Shown: piece after piece, positions 1 to 10,073 of the stretch | How positions within the stretch are numbered: position 1 is the stretch's first letter | Layout of the letters: each line of letters begins with the position of its first letter | From: Naegleria gruberi | Taxonomy: Eukaryota | Length of the DNA stretch: 64,000 nt | NCBI GenBank assembly: GCA_000004985.1 | Contig: GG738927.1 | Strand: one strand, 5' to 3' | Notes under the pieces: generated by a model | The model's input: the letters and a program-made list of their open reading frames with translations, nothing else | Database searches by the model: none | Told to the model about the DNA's origin: nothing | Translations under genes and position numbers: made by a program

Positions 1-3000
1 ATAAAACAGATGTATCTTCATTGAGGGGTGTAGTTGGTGAGGCAGTTGACTGGGTTTCATTCAAAGCTTCTTCCCCTGGTTCTGGAGTTACCACTGTTAA
101 TGGAGAAGATAATGCTACTACTGAAGATGATCTGGAATTAGTATTTCTACTTGATGATCTACTACTTGTTCTGCTATTAGTTCTACTGTTTCCTCTACTA
201 TTACTTCTGCTTGACCGATTACTCTTACTTTGTTGCTTAGGTTCAGCTTCTTTCTCTTTTTGTAATTGTTCCTCTTTGATTCTTGCTTCCTCTTGTTGTA
301 ATTTTGTCTTGAACTTGTGGAAATCATAGTCTGGATCACTTTCATCAATTTCTACTGTTTGAATTGGTTCTTCTTTTGGTTTTGGAACCTGTTCAACAAC
401 TTCTGGAGTTATCTTTGGAGAAGGTATTGTTATGTCTTGAGTAGAGTTTGTGCTTCTGGTAGTATTCATACTTGTAGGGATATTACCCCTTGATGTATTA
501 GCACTTGATTTTGATTTATCATCAGGTTTAAGTGATTTTAAGGCAGTGCCAAGGTTAGTATTTGGATTTCTACTTGAAATTGGATTGTTATCAATAGTAG
601 ATCGACTACTAACAGGAATGTTTGACTTCCTTGAACTAACCTTATTTGTTTGATCAAATGAGGCTATGCTTAAAGTTGGGTTACTTGTAGATATTGTCAA
701 TTCAATTTCATTTTCTAATTCATCAGGTTTCAATTCTTTAAATACAGTTTTAGGGAAATCAGTCTGCACTCCAGAATCGCTTCTTTCAATAGGCGGAGGA
801 GAAACATACTTTTCCACAACTTTTTCAACTGTTTCAATAACTCTTTCTATTACTGGTTCTGGAGGTATAACTGCCTTATTTTTTTCTGCTAAATCAGATT
901 GAAGATCACTGATTTCACTTCTAAGATAGGATATTTTAGAGAGGAGTTTGGTAATTTCAGTGTTCAATTTGATATTTTCATTACTCAAATCCAGAATGTG
1001 CGATTCCTGAACAGTGAGCAAATCATCCTTATCTGCCATATCTCGTTTCAGTCTTTCGATTTCATTAATATAATATTGAGTCTTATCAACATAAGTTCTT
1101 TGATATTCGTCTTTCCATTCATTCAATTCTCTTAATCTGGTCGTCAAGTCTTCAATTTTGAAGAGGAGATTGTTCTTAGTTCTTGTTAAATCATCCTCTC
1201 TAATGTGAGATTTGTCAATTTCTTTTTGTAAAATGAAAGTCTCAGTTTCTAAAGCTACAATTAACTCTCTATAGGCCTTATACTTTCTTAGAGGTTTCAT
1301 TATACTTTCTTTTATCTTTTCAGGATCCTCAAAGTCTTTAATTTTTGCCTGAGCTTCATCTAGTTGGGCAGTAAGTTTGGTTATACGTTTTTCTTTTGAT
1401 CTTATTTGTTTCTTGAGTTGAGAAACGACAGGATTGACAACTATTGGAGTAATTTCATCTCCTTCTCCAACATTAAAAACACTAGCATTAATATTATTAG
1501 GTGCTTGACTTGTTGTAGTGGTATAGTTAGTGAAAGTGGTTGTAGCAGAAGTTACTGAGACGGTATCATCATCTTCATCTGCCTCTACAGAACCAGGAGA
1601 TCTTTCTGTTGCTGATCCTGACTTATTTAAAGCAGGAGTTGCAATATTTACTGGTGGTATTGCAACTTCCTCCATAGCAACCATAGCTTGTGCTTTTTGG
1701 ATATTTTGTAAAGCAGATAGCTCCCTTTTGATTTTTTCATTCTCCTTCTCTAATTGCAAAGCCTTATCAAGTAATGATTGATATTGATCGTGTGGAATGT
1801 TATTATCACCGTATAATCTTTGAGCTTTAAATTTGAAAGCATTCGCTGTCTCCATTAACTTTTCAATTAAATCAGTATTTGTTTGACTATGCTTTTTCAA
1901 CTTCTCAAAAGTATCAGCTTGAAAAGTATTGATAGAGTTCAAAAGGTTTCTAATTTCATTGTCTCTATCATCAAGAGCGTTTTTAGTTTGTAATAAGATT
2001 TGATTAAGTTCCTTAATATTTTCATCTTCCAAAAATGATAACGTTAGAACTGCATCAAAATTTTCAGGAAAGTAAGAGGGTGGAACGTATTGATAGTTGA
2101 GTTTTGTTAGTTCTTCTTTCAGACAAAGTATCTCTTTGAAATATTCTGTTCTTTGCTCTTCAAGCATTTTATCTCTCTTTTCCACAAGTGAGTTTAATAC
2201 CTGATTTTCCACTTGTAATTTTCTGTGTTTATCAATACCAATTAGATTAGAATCGTGATTTTCCTTATTAGATTCCATTTCTTGTTCCTTCTTTAATTGT
2301 AGTGAGCTTTTTAGTCTCAATACAAATTCTTGTTGCCAAAATTTAAATACCAGGTTTATCCTCTCATCGAAAAAGCTTTGTATTTCCTCGTCTGTCTTGA
2401 TTATACTACCAGTTCCACTCTGTTTCTTCTCCAATTTTTCCACTACATTTTTCTTGAAATTGTCCAAAAAAACATCCTCATCAGTTGTTGTGATAATATC
2501 TACTTTTTTGAAAAGTTCAACTTTAGTGAATTCCAAGTGCTCAGAAAGTCTCTTGACTACCTGCTCAATAAAATCAAGTGTTTCATCATTACCGTCATCG
2601 TCAGTGGCCACTTTACCAGTAGCTCCAAACTCGCTGAAAGTAACACCTTGCTCCTTTGCCTCCTTTCTCCTCTGCTCCACCACATCTAAGTGTAGCTGAG
2701 CTAATTTAGCGATAATTTTCTTATCCTTAATTTCATGAGCAACTCTTCTCAGTGTTTCCTTTGTTGGTGCTTGATTTTTTAGTGTTTTAATTTCTTTCAG
2801 AGCTGATTGAAATTGGGGAGTGTTGGTATTCAGAATTTTTTGTGACTTGAATTTTGTACTGAGAGGTAGTAAGAGAGGGGACGGAGAAGCTGTAGATGGA
2901 ATTTGAGACATTTGATCGAGATATCCCAGCATTGACTCATTATCGTCAGGATCAGTTGTTTTTGAAACGAGTGAGGCTGAAGAATTTTGATTACTATTAT

Positions 3001-3178
3001 TTGATTTGTAATTTCTTCTCTTATTACTAGGGGAAGAATTCGAGTAATTTGAAAAAGCCGAAGCAGATCGTGTACTCGTTGCACTCATTGGAGTTGTCAC
3101 TCCATTGTTTGTAGTCTTAGCCGGAGGAGATGATGACCGACTACTTATCATACTACTATTATTACTAATGCTCGTCAT
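1..3178 (-). CDS. Long coiled-coil protein with Ser/Arg-rich C-terminal region; 3' end runs off window (partial)
   Basis: By-eye translation of the minus strand from ATG at 3178..3176 (in-frame TAA immediately upstream) reads open to position 1 with no stop (about 1059 codons). Heptad-rich K/E/L composition (e.g. ...LQLKKEQEMESNKENH..., ...KLTAQLDEAQAKIKDFEDPEKIKE...). C-terminal part has SRSNSRGNSRTNSRTSSRSSSR. Absent from ORF track because no stop lies inside the window. The + strand ORFs 21..329, 450..653 etc are antisense noise. Confidence 0.55.
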   Translation of the reverse strand, partial: MTSISNNSSMISSRSSSPPAKTTNNGVTTPMSATSTRSASAFSNYSNSSPSNKRRNYKSNNSNQNSSASLVSKTTDPDDNESMLGYLDQMSQIPSTASPSPLLLPLSTKFKSQKILNTNTPQFQSALKEIKTLKNQAPTKETLRRVAHEIKDKKIIAKLAQLHLDVVEQRRKEAKEQGVTFSEFGATGKVATDDDGNDETLDFIEQVVKRLSEHLEFTKVELFKKVDIITTTDEDVFLDNFKKNVVEKLEKKQSGTGSIIKTDEEIQSFFDERINLVFKFWQQEFVLRLKSSLQLKKEQEMESNKENHDSNLIGIDKHRKLQVENQVLNSLVEKRDKMLEEQRTEYFKEILCLKEELTKLNYQYVPPSYFPENFDAVLTLSFLEDENIKELNQILLQTKNALDDRDNEIRNLLNSINTFQADTFEKLKKHSQTNTDLIEKLMETANAFKFKAQRLYGDNNIPHDQYQSLLDKALQLEKENEKIKRELSALQNIQKAQAMVAMEEVAIPPVNIATPALNKSGSATERSPGSVEADEDDDTVSVTSATTTFTNYTTTTSQAPNNINASVFNVGEGDEITPIVVNPVVSQLKKQIRSKEKRITKLTAQLDEAQAKIKDFEDPEKIKESIMKPLRKYKAYRELIVALETETFILQKEIDKSHIREDDLTRTKNNLLFKIEDLTTRLRELNEWKDEYQRTYVDKTQYYINEIERLKRDMADKDDLLTVQESHILDLSNENIKLNTEITKLLSKISYLRSEISDLQSDLAEKNKAVIPPEPVIERVIETVEKVVEKYVSPPPIERSDSGVQTDFPKTVFKELKPDELENEIELTISTSNPTLSIASFDQTNKVSSRKSNIPVSSRSTIDNNPISSRNPNTNLGTALKSLKPDDKSKSSANTSRGNIPTSMNTTRSTNSTQDITIPSPKITPEVVEQVPKPKEEPIQTVEIDESDPDYDFHKFKTKLQQEEARIKEEQLQKEKEAEPKQQSKSNRSSRSNSRGNSRTNSRTSSRSSSRNTNSRSSSVVALSSPLTVVTPEPGEEALNETQSTASPTTPLNEDTSVL

Positions 3179-3442
3179 TATTTACAATTCTTAGTTGTTG
3201 TTATTGATGATGATTATGTACATGATATATTCGTTAGTGATGAACCTAGATGCTTGCAGATAATTTTTTAAAGATGAATTTCAATTACTTGAATTTTGGC
3301 GGGAAAATTAAAAGGCTTGAAATGAAGATAAAGGGAACGATTAATATTGTTGACGATAAATATCAATGATGATACGATATCCAATTTGTCATCTCAATAA
3401 TAATTTAATATAAATATAAATAATTAATATTTAAATAAAAAA

Positions 3443-6073
3443 ATGCGAAAATTCTTAAACCTGGGAAAGAAAGGAACATCAACAAAGGACAATGACACCT
3501 CTTCAGCCATTCCGTATGATGAAATTATGGATCGGGTAAAGCAAGATCAAGAGGAAAATCAACAATTACAACAACAACAACATGAACCTCTTAGTACGGG
3601 TGATGATTTTATTCTTGCTTCACTTGTAGAATCAGGCTTTATTACAGGAAGTATTAAAACAGTTTATGAAAGAGGAAAGGAAGATACTTTTTATGAAAGT
3701 TTGGATAATTTTCTTGATAAACAAAAAACGGAAATTGAAACTATTTGTAGTTCTAATTATGAAGAGTTTTTAAAATCTGTTAGTCAATTGAAAAGTGTTA
3801 GAAGTGATGGTAAAATATTGAAAAAAAAGATTATTGGTCTTGATGAAGAAGTTCAAAAAGCTGGAAAGGAAGCTCTAGAATGTGGTAAACAACTTGTTTT
3901 ATATCGAAACATTGCTGAGAATATTCATTCAGCACTTCAAGTTGTTGATCTTTGTAAGCATGTTTCAACATTAGCAACAAAAGTACATCAACAAATTCAA
4001 GAAGAAAAATACTTTTCTGCTCTGAAAACTTTGGAACATTTAGAAAAATCGATAAGAACTGTTCACAAATTTAATTTTGCTAGATTTATTGAAAAACAAA
4101 TTCCAATTTTCAAGAGAAAAATCAAACAGAATGTTGAAAGAGATTTTAATCAATGGTTAGTGAATGTTAGAAATAAGAGTAGAGATATTGGTAAATCAAT
4201 GATTGAAATGCAATTTTCTTTAATGACTACTAATGGAGTTAAATATGACGATTTTGTCAAGACCAATAATTTCAATTTTACATTTCCAAATATTGATATT
4301 ATTAATGACAGCTTGACTGTATTTGATATTCTTGAAAAATATCAAGTTGAATTAACACCTGTATATACTTGTAAACATATTTATGAATCTATGGATTCAT
4401 ATGAACAATTCAAAGGTTACTATAAGAGAAATAGAACTATCCAGTTGAATCATGAAATTAATCATGCACCACTTCTCGAGCAAAAGAAATCAGACAAGGA
4501 TACATCCATTTACCCTGCCACTGTTCAAGAATGGCTTGAAAGAATAATTGGTTTCTTTACTGTAGAATCTGTTACCTTGAGAACAACTTCAAGTTTATTA
4601 TCAAATATTGAATTGAACTCTATGTGGGAACAATCATTGCAAAAAATTCTGACATCTATTGATGAACACTTGGCTATTCGTATGAATAATCCTAAAGAGT
4701 ACTTGAATATGAAGAAGTGTGTTTTAATTTTTAGTTTAACAGCCTCTGAACAATTGGGTCTTCACACATCATTATTGATTGATTTGTTAGCTCACTATAG
4801 AAGTGCCTTCTCTAACTCTATAGAATTTAAATCAATTAGTAATATTGAAGATAGTGATTGTAAGCAACCTTTTACTTGCCCAAGAACAGACAGTGCCGAA
4901 TACAAGGATTTGAAAAAGTATGGACTCATGCAAAATCCTAACAATTATATTGCCTTTTCTGAGATTGTTTTGACATTGGCAACAGAAGTGGAATCTTTCA
5001 TATTGGACTATGAAGTTTATTGTGATAGAATAGTCTCCTACACAACAAGTATCAAACAACTTAAGAGTGGTATTATGAAACTATTCGAACATGCTGTAAA
5101 ATGTTTAGATAAGGAGTTGAATAGTAGTACTGGAACTGGTATTGCTAGATATGTGCAAGTTGTTATTAATTATCAAGCCATTTCTGATTATATCATACCT
5201 TACTTTGAAGATTTTTATGGAAAGAGAGTTAAACAACAATCTACTTCCTCAACTACCTCTTCATCTAAGAACGCTGCCGTTTCTACCTCTGAATCATCAA
5301 CAATCACCTATTTCAAACAAGTTAGTATGCAAGTTCAACAATCTAAGGAAAGAGGAGAAAACTCAATCCTGAGAGAATTGACCTCCAAATGTTCTAAATT
5401 ATTAAGTTTTTGTCAAAATTTCTCATTTGCTCCTGAATATCAAGGAAACGGTGTTATTGGTACAATTACTGACAATTTTAAAACACTTGGTAATAACTTG
5501 GGTATCAATCAACAAGATCCAAAACAACAAATGTACAACGAACCTCATCAATTCGTATTCGACATGATTGAATATTTGGATAATGCTCATCGTACATTAC
5601 AGTATCTTAAGCAAGAGAAAAAGGATCAAATCATGTTCTCTGCATGTGATAGTATAGCTCGCTATTTGCAAAATGTAATAACAAAGGAAATGGAAATAAC
5701 AATGAAAGGAATTGTACCACTGTATAAGGATGTGCAATACTTACTCAAGTTTTGCAATGACACAGAGGGATTGAAGAATTGTGCCTCTTGTTTTGCAGAA
5801 TTAGATTGTGTATTACGTTTCCTGATTGACGAATCAAAATTTTCAGAGGAAGGTTTGGTTAGTTGTGATGAGGAGAATAGACAATTGATAGAACATGAAA
5901 AAGTAATGCAAGAAATTATTGCCAAATTCGAGAAGACTGACCTTAATCGTGACAAATCGTACCTCTTGAAGAGTGTTTTACAACATTTGAAGACTTCACG
6001 AATTGAATTTTTCAAGAGAACAGTCTTGAAGAAACCAGCACTTTTGAAGAATTTGAATTTATTCAAAAAATAA
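3443..6073 (+). CDS. sec15: Exocyst complex component Sec15 (EXOC6-like), single exon, 876 aa
   Basis: Single 876-aa ORF. Region KYFSALKTLEHLEKSIRTVHKFNFARFIEKQIPIFKRKIKQNVERDFNQWLVNVRNKSRDIGKSMIEM closely parallels the conserved Sec15 core (metazoan EXOC6: ...ALKTLEHLE..YLP.VS.YRFC..M...IP.LRE.IK...M.DL.DFLE.IR..SD.IGE.AM). Length is typical of Sec15. Confidence 0.8.
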   Translation: MRKFLNLGKKGTSTKDNDTSSAIPYDEIMDRVKQDQEENQQLQQQQHEPLSTGDDFILASLVESGFITGSIKTVYERGKEDTFYESLDNFLDKQKTEIETICSSNYEEFLKSVSQLKSVRSDGKILKKKIIGLDEEVQKAGKEALECGKQLVLYRNIAENIHSALQVVDLCKHVSTLATKVHQQIQEEKYFSALKTLEHLEKSIRTVHKFNFARFIEKQIPIFKRKIKQNVERDFNQWLVNVRNKSRDIGKSMIEMQFSLMTTNGVKYDDFVKTNNFNFTFPNIDIINDSLTVFDILEKYQVELTPVYTCKHIYESMDSYEQFKGYYKRNRTIQLNHEINHAPLLEQKKSDKDTSIYPATVQEWLERIIGFFTVESVTLRTTSSLLSNIELNSMWEQSLQKILTSIDEHLAIRMNNPKEYLNMKKCVLIFSLTASEQLGLHTSLLIDLLAHYRSAFSNSIEFKSISNIEDSDCKQPFTCPRTDSAEYKDLKKYGLMQNPNNYIAFSEIVLTLATEVESFILDYEVYCDRIVSYTTSIKQLKSGIMKLFEHAVKCLDKELNSSTGTGIARYVQVVINYQAISDYIIPYFEDFYGKRVKQQSTSSTTSSSKNAAVSTSESSTITYFKQVSMQVQQSKERGENSILRELTSKCSKLLSFCQNFSFAPEYQGNGVIGTITDNFKTLGNNLGINQQDPKQQMYNEPHQFVFDMIEYLDNAHRTLQYLKQEKKDQIMFSACDSIARYLQNVITKEMEITMKGIVPLYKDVQYLLKFCNDTEGLKNCASCFAELDCVLRFLIDESKFSEEGLVSCDEENRQLIEHEKVMQEIIAKFEKTDLNRDKSYLLKSVLQHLKTSRIEFFKRTVLKKPALLKNLNLFKK

Positions 6074-6125
6074 ATTATTGTTAATATCATTGTAATATTA
6101 ACTAGCAGTTAGAAAGTTAGTAAAC

Positions 6126-8222
6126 TTATAAAATTTCAAATTTCTTTGGTGGTTCTTCTGTGAAATGAATAATAAAATCGTTAGCGTCAATTAAGGAATT
6201 CTTGTACTTGTCATTTTCTTCGTCATATTCGCTGAAGAAACATCCACCATGCTCTTTGTCGAGTGGTTCTGATAATTTCAATATTTCTTGATGTTGAGCA
6301 GTGTTATCATTAAGCTTATCCAGAGCCATTTTTCTTAACCAAAAAGCTCTATCAAACGCTTTCAAAATATTGTAATAATCTCCTTCTTGCATTTCCAATC
6401 TGATGTTTGGGTTCTTGGCATGTTTTTTCATGAAATGGCAAAACTGATCCAACATGGAATGTGATTTGAAAGTAATTTCAGTTGGTATTTTACCATTACT
6501 GAAAAACCCTCCATCTCGTGCTGATCTGGTTCTCTTGAATACCTTTTCGAAAAATTCCTTTTCATTTTCCTTAATTAAATTTTGCATTTCTTTTGAGAGT
6601 TCTAGAGATAACTTGTTCAATTTTCCCATTTTAACCTTTTTGAAAAATTGTTTAACACAAGTATTTTGATTAATCTTCTTATCAAAAATGGATTCCAAAT
6701 GTAAGGTTTGTAATAAATCTGTAACAAAATGTTGACAATTACATGAGCGAGTATTGTATAAATGATAAATATTCCATTTTGATACAACCTGAGCTATTTG
6801 CAAAAACATTTGATCCAAGTTATCAGATCGAATAGTAGCAACATCCAATACAAAGAGTGGATTCATACTTCCAGGTTCTCTAATTTTAACAAGACTACTA
6901 TCATTCCATTCTAAATATACATTTCCAATTAATAGAGCAACATGTACTAGACCAAATTTGCTTTTGATTAAACCACTTGATAATCTCTTCAAGTATCTAT
7001 TAAAGGTTAGATCGGTAATAACAAATTTGATTTTTACATATTCTTTAAATTGATTACCATTACTAATTACATTATTGCTATTAGTATTACTATTCGTATT
7101 GTTATTATTATTATTATTAGTAGAATTATTACTATTCGAAAATAATAAAGGTTTGAAATAGACATATTTCAGTCTTGATGGAATGGCCATATTTTGAGCT
7201 TTCCATGTTAATTCTATTGGTTCAACTTTCTCGGCTCTTCTTTCGTTTTGAATCTTTAATTTTTCAACAACTCGGTTAATTTCTAATTGAAAGCGTTCAT
7301 AGTGTTCATCATCCAAATTCCACAATTCCAACTTTGATTGATATTTACGGAAAGTAGAAGTAATACTTGTTGAATATTGATGAATAATTGATGAATCCGT
7401 CTGTACAACAAAAGAACTACTACTAGCATTTTGTATTGGATCACAGTCTTGAATTCTTGGTGATTTATCCAACTTGGATCTCTCTACCTTGTCGGTAAAA
7501 TCTTCAACATAATCACCTACTGACACTTCTTGATTCTTATCAGTTGAATCGGAATTTTCATCCTCCTCTTCATCGTCCTCTTCATTATCATCTTCGAAAA
7601 TATTTTCTTGTTGTAGTGTTAGAACACTTTTAATATAATCAAAGAATAGTAATAGAATTGAATCCACCTTCTCATCATGTTTTTCATGATAACTCAACTC
7701 GGTGTCTTCAATAAATTGGTCAAAGGTATATTCATTATCATTCTCATCAAATAATTTAAAATAGGTACCATCAATAGATTGTTCTTTGATCATCTCTACA
7801 CATACTTGGACGATATCTTTCTTATGGTCGTCTTGTAGAGTAAATTCATTAGATTTAAATAAGAATAATTTAGTTACGTCCGAGACTGTCCATTCATTAA
7901 CTTTTTGTTTTAAAAGTACTTCTTCAGAATTTCTCTTCTCTGTTGCTGAATTATTATAACCCTCCATAGATAGACCATTAATATTATTATTAGAGGTTGG
8001 AGAAATTAGAATTTGAGGAACATCCTGATGGTAACCATTGGCCGATTGTTGTTGTTGTTTCAAAGACATTGTAGCAGCACTTCCAGTGAGAGTATTCCCT
8101 CCCACTTGAACATTCACTTGTTGTTGTTGATGATGTTGGTGTTGGGTATTATCATTGGCTTGAGATGAATTATTAGTGGATACCTTTTTTCGTTTCGACC
8201 CAGCCGAGTTGTTTTGTCCCAT
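6126..8222 (-). CDS. LRAT/HRASLS-like (NlpC/P60 superfamily) phospholipase/acyltransferase domain protein with Gln/Asn-rich N-terminal half; begins MGQNNS (possible N-myristoylation)
   Basis: 698-aa ORF. C-terminal half contains GLVHVALLIGNVYLEWND...(H-box) followed by NCQHFVTDLL, matching the LRAT/H-rev107 catalytic Cys motif NCEHFV. Poly-Asn run (NNNNNNNTNSNTNSNN) and poly-Gln near the N-terminus. Starts MGxxxS. Confidence 0.55.
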   Translation of the reverse strand: MGQNNSAGSKRKKVSTNNSSQANDNTQHQHHQQQQVNVQVGGNTLTGSAATMSLKQQQQSANGYHQDVPQILISPTSNNNINGLSMEGYNNSATEKRNSEEVLLKQKVNEWTVSDVTKLFLFKSNEFTLQDDHKKDIVQVCVEMIKEQSIDGTYFKLFDENDNEYTFDQFIEDTELSYHEKHDEKVDSILLLFFDYIKSVLTLQQENIFEDDNEEDDEEEDENSDSTDKNQEVSVGDYVEDFTDKVERSKLDKSPRIQDCDPIQNASSSSFVVQTDSSIIHQYSTSITSTFRKYQSKLELWNLDDEHYERFQLEINRVVEKLKIQNERRAEKVEPIELTWKAQNMAIPSRLKYVYFKPLLFSNSNNSTNNNNNNNTNSNTNSNNVISNGNQFKEYVKIKFVITDLTFNRYLKRLSSGLIKSKFGLVHVALLIGNVYLEWNDSSLVKIREPGSMNPLFVLDVATIRSDNLDQMFLQIAQVVSKWNIYHLYNTRSCNCQHFVTDLLQTLHLESIFDKKINQNTCVKQFFKKVKMGKLNKLSLELSKEMQNLIKENEKEFFEKVFKRTRSARDGGFFSNGKIPTEITFKSHSMLDQFCHFMKKHAKNPNIRLEMQEGDYYNILKAFDRAFWLRKMALDKLNDNTAQHQEILKLSEPLDKEHGGCFFSEYDEENDKYKNSLIDANDFIIHFTEEPPKKFEIL

Positions 8223-9105
8223 CGTTTTGCTCGCTCTTTTAAAGGCTTTTTTTATAAACTTTGTTTGTCGGGAATTTTTTGTTATTGCTGGTTTTTATAC
8301 ACAATATTGGCAGGCAATTAGTAGATGTTTGATTGTTGGGGGGGATTAGGAAATTCATTGGAGGAAATATATCCTTGGTGTACTTTGTTATTATAGATTT
8401 CAGAAAACTTTTATCACTGATTTTTGTTTCTTCAGTACAGCTGTACAATTTGAAAGCGAGGAGGGAAGAAAAGATATTATTGGCAACTTGGATCAAATCA
8501 AGTTGTGATTTAGGGGTAGAGCTTCTAAATTCTCTGTCCTTTACGCTCCTCATCCTTAATTTTAGATATTTCACTTTGATTGTTGAATCAGTAAAAGGAT
8601 TCATTAATCCTTAAATATTGTCAAAAATCGAAAGCATTTTCAGCCACTTTCATGGGAGATGTTATTTCAATTTAGAGCTTGGAGACAATATCTAAATGGA
8701 TCTGTCCATTTAATATGGAATTTTAAATTTAATTTGTAAAATGAAAATGGAAAATCAAATCTATGCTGGAAGGGACACAGTTCGATCGGCTCTTAATACT
8801 GTTCAGAGCAGTTCTCATAGAACAGTAAGGAAATACGATTAAGCAATGAGTCATGACCACTCGATCAAACATGTTCTATCTAGAAAACAGGACTCTATCT
8901 ATTCAGAGAGAATTTTTGTCTCGGTTTTAGAGCCCAAATTTCCATATTTTACCCAAATATTCTTCTTTTTAGGATGCCTAGTTTTTAATAGAGCACAACG
9001 AAAAAAAACAACGAAAAATACCCAAGCGGTTTTCTAAGGGTGAAAATAACGACAATTTCTCATCATCACACACGATCACCATTAATTTATAAAATCAATA
9101 TAAGG

Positions 9106-9786
9106 ATGGGATCTGCCATATCAACAACACAATCACTTAACGTGACTAAGAAAACAGCCCGTTCTACGAATTATGTAACAGCCAAGAGTGCTACTTTTGA
9201 AGCTCAATCGATAGCAAATCCAACCACCTCGATAGGCAATTTTAATATGATCACCTCGTCAATAGAGTCAGCTCCAGCAAGCACTAATATTAAACAATCA
9301 CCATCAAAGAAAAGACTCTCGCGGCGATTGTTAAACTCTTCAATGAAGAAACAACATACAGATGTCGACTTTAACACACTAGAACAGAACTTGGCATCAA
9401 AAGATTACGGTAATATGGAAGATTATGCACTGACATCACCATCTGACCTGAAATGTTTAAATACCAAATCTCCAACATTGAAGAGATACTGTAAATCATT
9501 CGCCAAGACTCAAATTTCACTATGCCCAATGCCTCTTCCATCTATACACCAAGGATTCGATGTGTCGTCATCTCATGAAGATGAATTACAAACCAATTGT
9601 GAATCCATTGTATCATCATTTAGATCTAATTCCACCTCCTCCTCTTCCCTTCTCTCTTCCCAACAATCGAGTCCTAATTTCTCAGGTTCCATGCTAAAAA
9701 GAATGGAGCTTGACACATACATTGTACACAAGCAAAGAATTGCTGGGAGTGAGGTGCGAGACTTGAAAACCTATCACTTCCCTTAA
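9106..9786 (+). CDS. Hypothetical Ser/Thr-rich protein (weak call)
   Basis: ORF 9040..9786; first plausible ATG at 9106 (MGSAIST...). Low-complexity S/T-rich sequence with no recognisable domain. Confidence 0.3.
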   Translation: MGSAISTTQSLNVTKKTARSTNYVTAKSATFEAQSIANPTTSIGNFNMITSSIESAPASTNIKQSPSKKRLSRRLLNSSMKKQHTDVDFNTLEQNLASKDYGNMEDYALTSPSDLKCLNTKSPTLKRYCKSFAKTQISLCPMPLPSIHQGFDVSSSHEDELQTNCESIVSSFRSNSTSSSSLLSSQQSSPNFSGSMLKRMELDTYIVHKQRIAGSEVRDLKTYHFP

Positions 9787-10073
9787 AATAAAAATCGAGT
9801 TTATCACCCAAGGCCAAATGAAGTGAATTTTTCCAGTAATCTTAAAGATCTTATGAGTAGTTAGTTTTTTAACAATAAGCAAATGAAAATAAAGTGTTTG
9901 ATAATAAGGAAACAGATTACAAGATGTTTCTTTTGAGCTTGTTCTTCTTTGCATTTTTCTTCTGATAATTAATGCGTCCTCACTCGGCTTGCAAAACTAG
10001 CGCTTCCAACACCCAACCCAAAATTTCTCAGATGAAGTTTTCGAAACAAAAGTAAAAAAATTTGGAATACACA

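Noticed and set aside
21-2699. Plus-strand ORFs 21..329, 450..653, 666..902, 899..1135, 1530..1781, 2330..2689 and 2397..2699 from the track
   Set aside because: They are antisense to the continuous minus-strand coiled-coil reading frame (1..3178). Their sequences are low-complexity L/S/V strings typical of reverse-strand translations of K/E-rich coding DNA.
8239-8614. Overlapping 121-aa minus and 93-aa plus ORFs in the 8.2-8.6 kb intergenic region
   Set aside because: Mutually overlapping on opposite strands, low-complexity, no start context or motif. Most likely promoter/UTR DNA between the LRAT-like gene and the next gene.
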